Assembly: GCA_045536565.1 (NCBI GenBank)
Contig: JAZSNU010000013.1
Location: forward strand, 64,155 to 128,154
Direction of reading: 5' to 3'
Length of the DNA stretch: 64,000 bases
Source of the DNA: Clostridia bacterium
Lineage (GTDB): Bacteria; Bacillota; Clostridia; TANB77; CAG-465
In this document: positions 53,655-63,773 of the stretch, piece by piece
Layout of the letters: each line of letters starts with the position of its first letter
Position numbering within the stretch: position 1 is the stretch's first letter
Notes under the pieces: model-generated
The model's input: the letters and a program-made list of their open reading frames with translations, nothing else
Database searches by the model: none
What the model was told of the DNA's origin: nothing
Translations under genes and position numbers: made by a program

Positions 53655-54380
53655 CTAACTCAGTACTCCTTGCCCAATACTATATACTAATGTAATTACT
53701 TTGAATGTACAATACACTAAAACTATTCCTAACGCTACCGGAACTAATTGTTTTTTTACATCCGCTCTTGTTTCAGCAGGTGATAACATATATTTTAACC
53801 CTAGTAGAACTATACCCAAAATAGCGCATACATTTGCTATTGTGTTTACAGTCGAATACACATTACCGGCAAATGTATTATAGCTAGTTCCTCCACCTAA
53901 TGCTCCAGTCATAAAACTCTTAGATAAATCTCTTACAGATTGTGCTAAATAGAAAAACACAACACCTAGCACATAGTTAGGCAAACTTGATTTTATATCC
54001 GCCTTCCCCTCAATACCAGAATATATATACTTTAAACCTAGCGCAATGGTAACAACGAATATAACTACATTTCCGATTGCAAATATAGTACCAATTATAT
54101 CTAAACCACCTGTACCATTACTTATTATACCTGATAATGCTGCACCAACAGGTTTTTGTAATTCCTTTTGGCAATATTGACATTTATGATTACTAACAGG
54201 ATTTAGTTGATTACATTCTTTACACTCAACATACTTTCCGATACTCGGATCTGTAACATCAACAAAATCGCTTGCTTGGCCAAAAACATCGTTCAAAAAA
54301 CTAGAAGCATACAAATCGCTACTAAAAACTGTAAGTAATACATATATAGCAACTATTATAATCCCTTTTTTCATATTCAA
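53655..54380 (-). CDS. Tandem two-domain TrbC/VirB2-like pilin with zinc ribbon
   Basis: Two GLKY..E.KAD.K units; CKEC..CQYC. Confidence 0.75.
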   Translation of the reverse strand: MNMKKGIIIVAIYVLLTVFSSDLYASSFLNDVFGQASDFVDVTDPSIGKYVECKECNQLNPVSNHKCQYCQKELQKPVGAALSGIISNGTGGLDIIGTIFAIGNVVIFVVTIALGLKYIYSGIEGKADIKSSLPNYVLGVVFFYLAQSVRDLSKSFMTGALGGGTSYNTFAGNVYSTVNTIANVCAILGIVLLGLKYMLSPAETRADVKKQLVPVALGIVLVYCTFKVITLVYSIGQGVLS

Positions 54381-54506
54381 ATCACAATGCGCAAACGCAC
54401 ATTATGTCCTCCTTTCTAATTTGTCTATTTATATTATACATAAATAAAAAAATATTGCAATACAAAATTTCTCTGTTTGCAATATTTTATATATTTAAAT
54501 TTTATA

Positions 54507-54878
54507 CTATAAAAGGTCACTAGTTGTTGATGATACAAGACCAAGTATTGCTGTTGCACCAAATACAAGAACTGCACCAACTATAAGGATTACAGTTTGT
54601 TTCTTTATATCAGCTTTAGCATCTGCAGACGCAAACATGTATCTAACACCAGCAAAAACAACTGCTGCTACTGCCAATATTTGAACAAGAGTTGATATAG
54701 TTTTCCAAATTCCTGTTACTTTACCTGTTAATGTGCCAGAAGCTGTTCCTGTTCCTGTTCCAGCTAAAGCACTGTTTAAATCTGATGCACTACCAGAAAC
54801 CCCATAAACACTACCAACAATTGCTACTACTACAAATAAAAAAGTACAAGCAACTGCTACTTTTCTTAAATTTTTCAT
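54507..54878 (-). CDS. TrbC/VirB2-family pilin
   Basis: Signal peptide; VQILAVAAVVFAGVRYMFASADAKADIKK..IVGAVLVFGA. Confidence 0.85.
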   Translation of the reverse strand: MKNLRKVAVACTFLFVVVAIVGSVYGVSGSASDLNSALAGTGTGTASGTLTGKVTGIWKTISTLVQILAVAAVVFAGVRYMFASADAKADIKKQTVILIVGAVLVFGATAILGLVSSTTSDLL

Positions 54879-54947
54879 AAAAAATTCCTCCTTATTATAA
54901 CATTATTATACACTATTTTTTTATTTTTACAATATATTTATCATATT

Positions 54948-55307
54948 TTATAAAAGATCACTAGCAACACCAGATACTAATGAAGCAATCTTTACAGCAC
55001 CAAATACAAAAACTGCACCAATTATAAGAATCACAGTTTCTCTTTTTATATCTGCTTTACCATCTGCCGATGCAAACATATATCTAAGTCCAGCAAAAAC
55101 CACAGCCGCCACTGCCAATACTTGCACTACTCGTTCAATTGTTGCCCAAATTTTACCTATTTTGCCAGTAACAGCATCAACACCAGTACCAGTATATCCC
55201 TCTGATGGATCTTTTGGTACATTATTAGCATATACTGAAAATACGCCTAAAAACATAATAAATATAAACAGAATAGAACATATTTTATATAGTTTTTTAT
55301 TAAACAC
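54948..55307 (-). CDS. TrbC/VirB2-family pilin (paralog)
   Basis: Near-identical C-terminal half to 54507-54878. Confidence 0.85.
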   Translation of the reverse strand: MFNKKLYKICSILFIFIMFLGVFSVYANNVPKDPSEGYTGTGVDAVTGKIGKIWATIERVVQVLAVAAVVFAGLRYMFASADGKADIKRETVILIIGAVFVFGAVKIASLVSGVASDLL

Positions 55308-55581
55308 GCTTCGTCCCTCCTTACTAAAATTATATAATTATTATTTCAAAAATCAAGTATTTTTATATATTTAATTAAAATGTAATAAAATCGTAATATT
55401 ATTAATCAAATGTTCAATATTATAAATGTTTTTTCTCTCTTTTTTTTACCCCTCTTTTCTATATAGCTATTATACACAATTTTTATATAAAATCCATATT
55501 AATATTTTTTTGTAATATTTTGTAGTACGATTTTTCTTTACAATAAGGTTTGGGGAATATATAATTTTACTGGTGGTTTAA

Positions 55582-56082
55582 ATGTTAAAAACATTTTATA
55601 TTTTATTTCTTGGCGCTATTTTGTCTTTTGTTATTTTATTATCTTCATATTTTGATAGTTCTGGTGATTTGTTTTTTCCAATTCATTCTAGTTATACTAT
55701 TTCTTCATATTATGGTTATCGTACATTAGGTAGTAGTCATTTTCATAATGGTATAGATATTCCTGCTGTTGTTGATACTCCTGTTTATCCTATTTCTTCT
55801 GGTGTTATTTCATATATTGGTTTTTCTTCTTCATATGGTCACTATATTGTTATTACATATACAAATGGATATAAAAGTTTATACGGACATATGTCAGGTG
55901 TTTATCCTTTTTCCGTTGGTTCCTATGTTAGTAGTTCAGATATAGTTGCATATATTGGACCTAAATACTTATCAAATGGTTCTCTAAATGGTTTTACTAC
56001 CGGCCCTCATTTACATTTCACTTTATATAAATCTAATGCTTTAATCAATCCATTATCTATTAATTTTAAGTATTCTAATTAA
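55582..56082 (+). CDS. M23 metallopeptidase
   Basis: HNGID, YGHM, TGPHLHF. Confidence 0.92.
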   Translation: MLKTFYILFLGAILSFVILLSSYFDSSGDLFFPIHSSYTISSYYGYRTLGSSHFHNGIDIPAVVDTPVYPISSGVISYIGFSSSYGHYIVITYTNGYKSLYGHMSGVYPFSVGSYVSSSDIVAYIGPKYLSNGSLNGFTTGPHLHFTLYKSNALINPLSINFKYSN

Positions 56083-56168
56083 TTTTTGTTTGTGTTTTTG
56101 TTTGATTTTTTTATTTATATTTTCTTTTATTTTTGTTAATGCTTATTTTTGTTAAAGGAGGTAGATAA

Positions 56169-57050
56169 ATGTATAGTAATAAATTATTAAAACCTAAAAT
56201 AGATATAGTTTTTCATGCGTTATTCTGTGAAGAAAATAACAGATTAACTGAAGCATTAATCTCTGATATTTTGGGTGAAGATGTAAAAATAATTGCTAAT
56301 ATGGATAGACATGTAAATATTAAAGACGCTAATGAAAAATTAGGTATAATGGATCTAAGAGTAGAACTTACTGGTGGTATAAAATGTAACATAGAAATAC
56401 AACTTAACGCACATAAATATGAATGTGAACGATTTTTATACTATCTTGCAAACACATATGCTAGACAAGTGTCTCGTGGAGGGGAATATGATAAATTACA
56501 TAGATGTATTAGCATTGTTATTGTAGATTATGAATTAGATCTATTAAAAGATTTTGAAAGACTCAATGTAAAATGGCAAATGCGTGATGACGAGACTGGC
56601 AAAAGTCTATTGACAAACAATTTTGAATTAATTATAATTGAACTGAAAAAGGCTAGAAGATTATATGCAAAAAACACAAATGATAAAATTTGTCAATGGA
56701 TGCTCTTTTTAGATGATCCAAATAATAAGGAGGTCTCACATATCATGAATAAAAATGAGAAAATAAAAGATGCAAGGCAAGAATTAGAAAGCGTTAGTGG
56801 AAATTATGAAATAAGAAGAATAGCAGAATTAAAAGAAAAATATATAAGAGATGAAAAGGCAGCATTAGCGTACGCTAAAGAAGAGGGTATTGAACAAGGC
56901 ATTGAACAAGGCATTGAACAAGGCATTGAACAAGGAATCGAGCAAGGTATTCTTCAAACAGCAAAAAACATGCTTGATTTAGGAATATCAATTGAAGATA
57001 TAATGAAATGTACTAACTTATCCAAAGAAAAGATAGAAAAATTAAAATAG
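56169..57050 (+). CDS. Rpn/PD-(D/E)XK nuclease family protein
   Basis: KPKIDIVFHALF, MDLRV, NIEIQ, RFLYY, IELKK, W..FL; GIEQ repeats. Confidence 0.9.
   Translation: MYSNKLLKPKIDIVFHALFCEENNRLTEALISDILGEDVKIIANMDRHVNIKDANEKLGIMDLRVELTGGIKCNIEIQLNAHKYECERFLYYLANTYARQVSRGGEYDKLHRCISIVIVDYELDLLKDFERLNVKWQMRDDETGKSLLTNNFELIIIELKKARRLYAKNTNDKICQWMLFLDDPNNKEVSHIMNKNEKIKDARQELESVSGNYEIRRIAELKEKYIRDEKAALAYAKEEGIEQGIEQGIEQGIEQGIEQGILQTAKNMLDLGISIEDIMKCTNLSKEKIEKLK
56886..56951 (+). repeat. 12-bp coding tandem repeat (GIEQ x5)
   Basis: GG(T/C/A)AT(T/C)GA(A/G)CAA x5.5. Confidence 0.95.
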
Positions 57051-57133
57051 TTACAAGTATATTATTTTTATACAAAAAACATGGTATTTTCTACCATGTT
57101 TTTTGTATGTTTTATATATTTTTTAAATTTCTA

Positions 57134-57793
57134 TTACTCAGTTATTTCTTCTTTACTTTCTTCTGATTTATCTACAATTTCAAATTTAGACACAGAAACT
57201 TCATATGCTACTCTTTTTTCTACTGTTCCATCTTCATATTTTTTCTCATATTCTCTTGATTGAACTCTTCCAACTACTTTAACTGTTGTTCCAGTTTCTA
57301 AATGTTCACAATATTTAGCATTTCTTCCCCATATAATACAAGGAATATAGTCTGATTTATTATATGATCTATTAACCGCTAAAAGAATATCTGCTATATC
57401 TCTTCCAAGAGGTGTCTTTCTGTAAATTGGTTGCTTACAAACCACACCTGTTACTGTAAGCTCGTTTACAGTTTTTACATTTTCACTTACTTCTAATTGT
57501 TTTATATCCTTTACAAATACTGAAAGTATAAGTCTACTCTTATTACTTTCATCCATTTTGTTATATGATCTATATTGCCCTTCTATAAATATAATTTTAC
57601 CAATATTAAAATCATCTACATCAATTAATCTTTCCGATATAATAACAGGAATTCTATCCTTTTGACCACTAAGTCTATCAATTTCTATATAAAATTTATA
57701 AAACTTTTCTCCATAAATTTCATGACTTAGTTCAAGCTCAGAAGCAACTACACCGCCCATTTTTATTACATTGTTTTCAAAACTTGATTCCAT
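57134..57793 (-). CDS. Double-OB single-stranded DNA-binding protein
   Basis: RLSGQKDRIP, GQYRSYN, RKTPLGRDIAD, SDYIPCIIWGRNA, GRVQSREY. Confidence 0.9.
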   Translation of the reverse strand: MESSFENNVIKMGGVVASELELSHEIYGEKFYKFYIEIDRLSGQKDRIPVIISERLIDVDDFNIGKIIFIEGQYRSYNKMDESNKSRLILSVFVKDIKQLEVSENVKTVNELTVTGVVCKQPIYRKTPLGRDIADILLAVNRSYNKSDYIPCIIWGRNAKYCEHLETGTTVKVVGRVQSREYEKKYEDGTVEKRVAYEVSVSKFEIVDKSEESKEEITE

Positions 57794-57953
57794 TACCCTT
57801 TTTCCTCCTTTGGTCTTTATACCTATTCATATGTTTTAAACAATAAAAAAATTACTATGATATTGGTCATTATATCATAGCAATTTCATTTTGTAAATAC
57901 TTTATGTTAAATAAAGTATTATGATTTCCCATAACACATATACATTTATTTTT

Positions 57954-58808
57954 TTATATTATAACCGATAATAAATATAGCAAAAAATGTTGAATTGGAA
58001 AAACACTATAAAAAGCCCATCTTATTTTTTTACTTTTAATTCCTCTTTCTCCGTTATATAATGAAATTGGTATTATACTTAATAACATGTACCAATACAT
58101 ACTGTTTTTACTTTCTATTATAATTATTAAAAGTGCTATTAAAATTAACGCTATATACCCAATTTTTATATTTCTTTCAGATATAAATGATGTTATTACT
58201 TTTTTCATAGACATATTATAATTATTCTTTTCTAAATATATTGTTACTTTTAATTTTTCAATAAAATATAGCATAACGATTAGAAGAGGAACATAAATAC
58301 CATAATCAATAGGTATAAATACATATATTCCTATTATTGTTAAAATCATAAATACTTTCAAAAACAAATTTTGGTTATATGTAAATTTTTGTATAATATT
58401 TTTTTCATGTATAACCCACAATGTTATTAATGATAGTGTATATGAAAATAATATGTTAAGTTGCACATTAACCGATAGTCTTTCTGGGGTAGCATCAAAA
58501 ATACTTACAACAAATATTGCAACTTGTGTAATTAAAGCGAGAGAAAATACTCTTGTAATATATTTTTTCAAATCTTTTGTATAAAAGAAGCCTTGTACAA
58601 TTAAATAGGCAAATAGTGGCATAGATATTCTACCAATTATTCTTAAAATAACATATATTATACTTGGCATATTTTCTTGAAAATAATAACCGATATGATC
58701 TATTAACATAGTTACTATTGCTATTATTTTAAGACCATTTCCACTAATTCTGATTTTTCTAAATCTCGATATGATTTTGTCTATATATCTATTTATATTA
58801 ACTTGCAA
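57954..58808 (-). CDS. TraX-family acyltransferase
   Basis: LKIIAIVTMLIDH, GRISMPLFAY..GF..T, YNGERG, FYSVFPIQH. Confidence 0.88.
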   Translation of the reverse strand: MQVNINRYIDKIISRFRKIRISGNGLKIIAIVTMLIDHIGYYFQENMPSIIYVILRIIGRISMPLFAYLIVQGFFYTKDLKKYITRVFSLALITQVAIFVVSIFDATPERLSVNVQLNILFSYTLSLITLWVIHEKNIIQKFTYNQNLFLKVFMILTIIGIYVFIPIDYGIYVPLLIVMLYFIEKLKVTIYLEKNNYNMSMKKVITSFISERNIKIGYIALILIALLIIIIESKNSMYWYMLLSIIPISLYNGERGIKSKKIRWAFYSVFPIQHFLLYLLSVII

Positions 58809-58932
58809 GTTATTTCCTCCTGTTTTAGTTTTGTTATATTATACCACCATTTTATCAATAAATCATTAACATACTAAAAATTAATTTTTATTTTCCATTT
58901 TTCTTTGCAAACATGGGAATTTTTAAGTGTTT

Positions 58933-58997
58933 TGTCGAATTTTGGCGAACGATTTTTTTGAGAATTTATTGACATGTGTACATTCGTTAAGTATAAT
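58933..58997 (+). promoter_or_regulatory. Consensus sigma-A promoter preceded by tandem Spo0A boxes
   Basis: TGTCGAA (58933) and TGGCGAA (58943); TTGACA(58969)-17-TATAAT(58992). Confidence 0.7.
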
Positions 58998-59003
58998 AGC
59001 ATC

Positions 59004-59078
59004 AGTAATTATTCCAGTAGTTACTATTTATACAACTAAATGTTTCATACGGCAATTTACGCATATGAAACATTTTTT
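59004..59078 (+). ncRNA. Candidate ~75-nt small RNA
   Basis: Between a perfect promoter and a terminator hairpin (59038-59078) with U-tract; no ORF or RBS. Confidence 0.5.
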
Positions 59079-59109
59079 CCTTTTCATTGCTATTACTTAA
59101 AATACATTT

Positions 59110-59144
59110 AAAAGAGGATATTAGTTTATTTAATATCCTCTTTA
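59110..59144 (-). terminator. pgi terminator
   Basis: AAAGAGGATATTA/TAATATCCTCTTT hairpin. Confidence 0.7.
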
Positions 59145-59162
59145 TTTATTATTTATTATTTA

Positions 59163-60470
59163 TTATTTATCCTCTAATAATTCCATCATATTCTTTTTAT
59201 ATGCCTCTACCCCAGGTTGATCAAACGGATTAACACCAAGAACATAGCCACTTATTGCACATGCTTTTTCAAAAAAATATATTAACTGTCCAATATTAAA
59301 TGGATTAAGATCTTGAACTGTAATTGTTATGACTGGAACACCCCCATCTATATGTGCTTTATATGTTCCTTCAAACGCTTGTTTATTTATATAATCTATA
59401 CTTTTTCCTGCTAGATAATTTAACCCATCAGTATCATCAAATGTTTGTGGTAATTCAATTAAACTTCTATCTAGTCCTACTTTAATCATAGTTTCAAACA
59501 AGTTTCTTTTTCCTTGTTGTACATATTGTCCCATAGAATGAAGGTCTGTTGAAAAATCCATTCCATAAGGAAGAATACCCTTTAAATCTTTACCTTCACT
59601 TTCTCCAAATAATTGTTTAAACCATTCTATAAAATAATGGAAATGAGATTCAAAAGATGACATTATTTCAACTGTTTTTCCTTTGTTATATAATATGTTT
59701 CTTATTGCTGCGTATCTATAACAATCGTTATTTACTAAATCTTTTTCATTGTACAAATGTCTCGCGAACATTGCACCATCTAAAAGTTCTTCTATATCAA
59801 TCCCTGCAACTGCAATTGGAAGTAGTCCTACTGGACTAAGTACAGAATATCTACCACCGACATCGTCCGGTACTACAAATGTTTCATAATAGTTTTTATC
59901 TGCTATTTCTTTTAATACGCCTTGTTCTTTATCAGTTGTAACATATATTCTTTCAGATGCTCCACCTACACCATATTTTTCTTCCATAAATACTTTTAAC
60001 ATTCTAAATGTTACGGCAGGTTCTAATGTTTTTCCTGATTTAGATATTACATTTATAACTACATCTTTATCCTCTATATATTCTATTAAACTTCTAATAT
60101 ATTTAGGACTCATGTTATTTCCAGCATATAATATTTGAGGTCCATTTCTTTTACTATCTTTTTGCAAGTTATATAACGGATCTGTAAATAAATCAATAAC
60201 TGCTCTTGCTCCTAAATATGAGCCGCCTATTCCAACTACAATAAATACATCTGTTTTTTTTCTTATTTTTTGTGCACACTTAACAATTCTTTGAAGTTCT
60301 TCTTCATCTCTATTTTCTGGCAGTTCAAGCCATCCTAACATCTCTTTTCCAGCACCAGTTTTATTCATAAGCATATCATGCGCTCTGTATATGTCATTTT
60401 CTACCATTTGATAATCATAATCTTGTATTACATTTTTTACTCCATCAAAATTTAATACTATCCCGTTCAA
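59163..60470 (-). CDS. pgi: Glucose-6-phosphate isomerase
   Basis: GIGGSYLG, SKSGKT, GGRYS, QLFGESEGK, NPFDQPGVEAYK. Confidence 0.97.
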   Translation of the reverse strand: MNGIVLNFDGVKNVIQDYDYQMVENDIYRAHDMLMNKTGAGKEMLGWLELPENRDEEELQRIVKCAQKIRKKTDVFIVVGIGGSYLGARAVIDLFTDPLYNLQKDSKRNGPQILYAGNNMSPKYIRSLIEYIEDKDVVINVISKSGKTLEPAVTFRMLKVFMEEKYGVGGASERIYVTTDKEQGVLKEIADKNYYETFVVPDDVGGRYSVLSPVGLLPIAVAGIDIEELLDGAMFARHLYNEKDLVNNDCYRYAAIRNILYNKGKTVEIMSSFESHFHYFIEWFKQLFGESEGKDLKGILPYGMDFSTDLHSMGQYVQQGKRNLFETMIKVGLDRSLIELPQTFDDTDGLNYLAGKSIDYINKQAFEGTYKAHIDGGVPVITITVQDLNPFNIGQLIYFFEKACAISGYVLGVNPFDQPGVEAYKKNMMELLEDK

Positions 60471-60487
60471 CTTATATCACCTCTTCA

Positions 60488-61645
60488 CTAGTTATTATAG
60501 AACTTATTTAATATATTTGCAAGACATCTTGCTCCAAAATATGCTTCTTCTAATGTATTTCCTGTTGTACCCACTTCTATTAAGAAAGATCGTTTAATTA
60601 AATCTTGGTTATATTTTGAATTACGCACTATCATACCTCTAAACAAGCCCGGATACATTTCTTCACCCAATTTTTGAAGTTGCAAAGCTAGTGCTAAATT
60701 ATCTTCCCAATATTCATTTGAATAAGAATCTGTTCCAACTCCCATTACAAACATAAGCTTTGCTACTTTTTGACCATTTATCTCTACTGTTGGTCCATTG
60801 GTTAAATCTCCTAATGCATCTCTATGTACATCTATTGCAAGACCTATTCTTTCATTTTTGCCCAATTGATTCTGAATTGTCTTTCTAGAATTTGTATAAG
60901 CAATTTCATAACTACCATAATCATGTGGTGTAGTATCAAATATAACATTCATATTCTTTTCACATAATGCTTGTGTTAAAATACTTCCTACCGATAGCAT
61001 GTTATATTTGGCATCTCTTGTTCTATATGTACTAGAATAATCAAATTTATATCTATCACTATTTGTATATGATTCCGATGTATGTGTTGAATATATTAAA
61101 ATAGGGTCACTTTTTTTAGTAAGTATAATATTCTTTTCAAACAAAGATATGTAGTCTATATCTCTTTTAGAAGAATAATTAGAAATAGTCATACCATACA
61201 CATTAACTTTTTGAACTGTGTCTGTATTATTTATTGTTAAATTTTGCTGTTGCCTTTTTGATATAACTTCACAACTATCCACCAATGAAACATCAAATTT
61301 GTCATTTTTTTCTTCTGATGATTTATCAACATTTTCCACATTTTTATTTCCTGTATCTTTTACCTCATTTGAGATACTCTCAAACGGAGAATTTACATTA
61401 TTTATTGCTAACATTAATTCTGTCTTTCCAATATTTATATTTTCTGCTTGTCTTATATTTGTTGCCATATATAATATATTGTTATATATTTTTTCTTTAT
61501 TTAAACATATTCTTCCTACTGATACTACAATAACTGTTAGAATAATTATTAAGCATATATATTTAAAAAAACCATATATACTAACTAAATCTTACATCTT
61601 TTTTTTTTTATATCTACTATCAAAAAAATCAACTGCAACTTTCAT
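60488..61645 (-). pseudogene. spoIIP: Stage II sporulation protein P, in-frame TAA at codon 18
   Basis: IYSTHTSESY, IDVHRD, YNQDL, LIEVG; ATG 61645 and the TM anchor are in frame but cut by TAA at 61592-61594. Confidence 0.75.
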
Positions 61646-61706
61646 AGACTACTACCACCTAGTCCTATGTTTATTACAATTGATTATATTTTATACTTAT
61701 TTTTTC

Positions 61707-62126
61707 TTAATCTAATAATTCAGTCATTGTTTCGTTATATTTTTCAAGCACTCTTACAGTTCTTTCTTTTAAATCTATTACTTCTCTTTTTATATCAAGT
61801 AACTTTTCTTTCTCTACTTCTATAATAGACTCAATTCTTTGCTTTTCATTTAAAGCTTCTTGTCTAGCATTTTCTAATATATTCCTTGCTTGATCTTCTG
61901 CTGTTATTAAAGCATTAGCAACCTTCTCTTGCTTTTCAATATACTCTGTATCATATCTTTCTAATTTTTTACGAATAATAGTAATTTCATTAGATAATCT
62001 ATTTATTTCTGCTTTTTCTGCTTGCAAACTACTTTCATAATCCGCCTTCATCTCTCTAAGGTATTCTTCAACTTCTTTTTTATCGTAGCCAAACATCTCT
62101 GTATTAAACTTCTTTTCGTTCTCCAT
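61707..62126 (-). CDS. DivIVA-domain protein
   Basis: FNTEMFGYDKKEVEEYL followed by coiled coil. Confidence 0.8.
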   Translation of the reverse strand: MENEKKFNTEMFGYDKKEVEEYLREMKADYESSLQAEKAEINRLSNEITIIRKKLERYDTEYIEKQEKVANALITAEDQARNILENARQEALNEKQRIESIIEVEKEKLLDIKREVIDLKERTVRVLEKYNETMTELLD

Positions 62127-62291
62127 TTATTACTACCCCCAGTACTACGTATATTGCATATTTTACCAGAATTTTAATATTTTTTCAACTATTTATTAAA
62201 AAGTTTAACAAATAGTAATAAATTTATTTTACAATTTTACTTTTTGTTATATAATGTATCATATAATAAACAAATATATAAGGGTGATATT

Positions 62292-63452
62292 ATGAAATAT
62301 ACATTAGGATATTTTGGTAATTGTGAATTTCTAGAAGATAACATTATACATTATTGCAATTTACCAGAAAATGAAAAAATAGAGTTTGTAAATATATCTA
62401 GTATTGATAAAGAACATATAGATGCAAATTCTTTCAATGGTTTTATATTTGATACTGCACTACACAAAAATGAGATTACAAATGAACTTATAATGGATAT
62501 TATACAAGAAAACCCAGAGCTTGATGTCATGCCAGTAGTTATTCCAGATTTAAACGATGAAACTTTTAATAGTGTAACTGCATTAAGAGAAGAAACTGAT
62601 CTTCTAAAAGATATAACTGAATGTGTTCCATATAAAGTTCAAGATGAAGAAGAATCAAAACTATTTGTTGATACCGTTTTACATACATTTTCAAGAAAAA
62701 CAATTAGAAATATTGAAAAAATAGAACAACTTCAATTAAAATCTAAACAAGATTATATTAATGCATTAAAAGCAATTGTTGTTACATTAGAATTTAAGGA
62801 TGTCTATACAATGGATCATTCTTCAAGAGTTGCTATATATGCTGAGCAAATGGCAAGAAAAATGGGATTATCAGAAAGAGAAATAGATAATATTTCAATT
62901 GGTGGTTGGGTTCACGACATTGGAAAATTAGGAGTTAACAAAGAAATTCTTAAATCTACTAATGGTAAATTGTCAGATGAAGAATTTAACCACATAAAGA
63001 CACATTGTAAAATAGGTGAATATTTACTTAATAGAATTCTTCCACCAGATGATAATTCAAAAGATATAATTTCATATGAACTTCATCACCACGCAAAATA
63101 TGATGGAACTGGTTATCCTGAAAATATAGCTGGTGACGATATCCCGCTAGGAGCAAGAATTTTATGTGTTGCCGATTCTTTTGATGCTATGACAACAAAG
63201 CGTACATATAACAAACCTATGACATTAGAAGAATCTATTGAACAACTAAAAAGATGTTCAGGCACCCAATTTGATCCTAAAATTGCAGATGTGTTTATAG
63301 AATTACTAAAACAGGAACCTGAAAAATTAAAAGATACCCTTGGTATAACAATTGATGAAAACAGATTTATTCAAACAAGTATTAAAACTACTGAAAAAGA
63401 TAGAGATGCTAGTAAGCAAAAAAACAAAAATGATGATATTATAATAGAATAA
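62292..63452 (+). CDS. HD-GYP domain cyclic-dinucleotide phosphodiesterase
   Basis: HSSRV, HDIGK, HHHAKYDGTGYP, ADSFDAMT, GTQFDP. Confidence 0.92.
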   Translation: MKYTLGYFGNCEFLEDNIIHYCNLPENEKIEFVNISSIDKEHIDANSFNGFIFDTALHKNEITNELIMDIIQENPELDVMPVVIPDLNDETFNSVTALREETDLLKDITECVPYKVQDEEESKLFVDTVLHTFSRKTIRNIEKIEQLQLKSKQDYINALKAIVVTLEFKDVYTMDHSSRVAIYAEQMARKMGLSEREIDNISIGGWVHDIGKLGVNKEILKSTNGKLSDEEFNHIKTHCKIGEYLLNRILPPDDNSKDIISYELHHHAKYDGTGYPENIAGDDIPLGARILCVADSFDAMTTKRTYNKPMTLEESIEQLKRCSGTQFDPKIADVFIELLKQEPEKLKDTLGITIDENRFIQTSIKTTEKDRDASKQKNKNDDIIIE

Positions 63453-63473
63453 ATAGTTAAAAGGTGTCAGTTA

Positions 63474-63773
63474 TTATTCTGACACCTTTAATAAATACAT
63501 AAATTCAATATCTATTCCATAAGAAGATATTAATGCAATATCATAAATAGTTAAATCTTTAAAATATTCAAATAATTCATTTCCGTCCTTCGAATTTAAA
63601 ATTTTCTCAACATGCAATTCTTCTCCATCAAAATTTGATTTAAAAATTTTTGCTTGTGATTTTATTTTTTTAAATTCTATATTAACTATTTCATTTAATA
63701 TTTTTTCTGCATTTTGTTTATCATTTCGATTTAAATTTTTAAGTAAATTTATACTCTTATTAGTCATAATCAT
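63474..63773 (-). CDS. Hypothetical protein
   Basis: GAGGTG RBS; 99-aa ORF. Confidence 0.55.
   Translation of the reverse strand: MIMTNKSINLLKNLNRNDKQNAEKILNEIVNIEFKKIKSQAKIFKSNFDGEELHVEKILNSKDGNELFEYFKDLTIYDIALISSYGIDIEFMYLLKVSE

Noticed and set aside
56886-56951. Possible CRISPR or iteron array
   Set aside because: Spacer-less 12-bp coding repeat typical of Rpn C-termini; no CRISPR array or cas gene seen in the window.
57134-57793. ssb as a conjugation accessory gene
   Set aside because: Double-OB type is a common chromosomal clostridial gene, so it is not evidence for an ICE.
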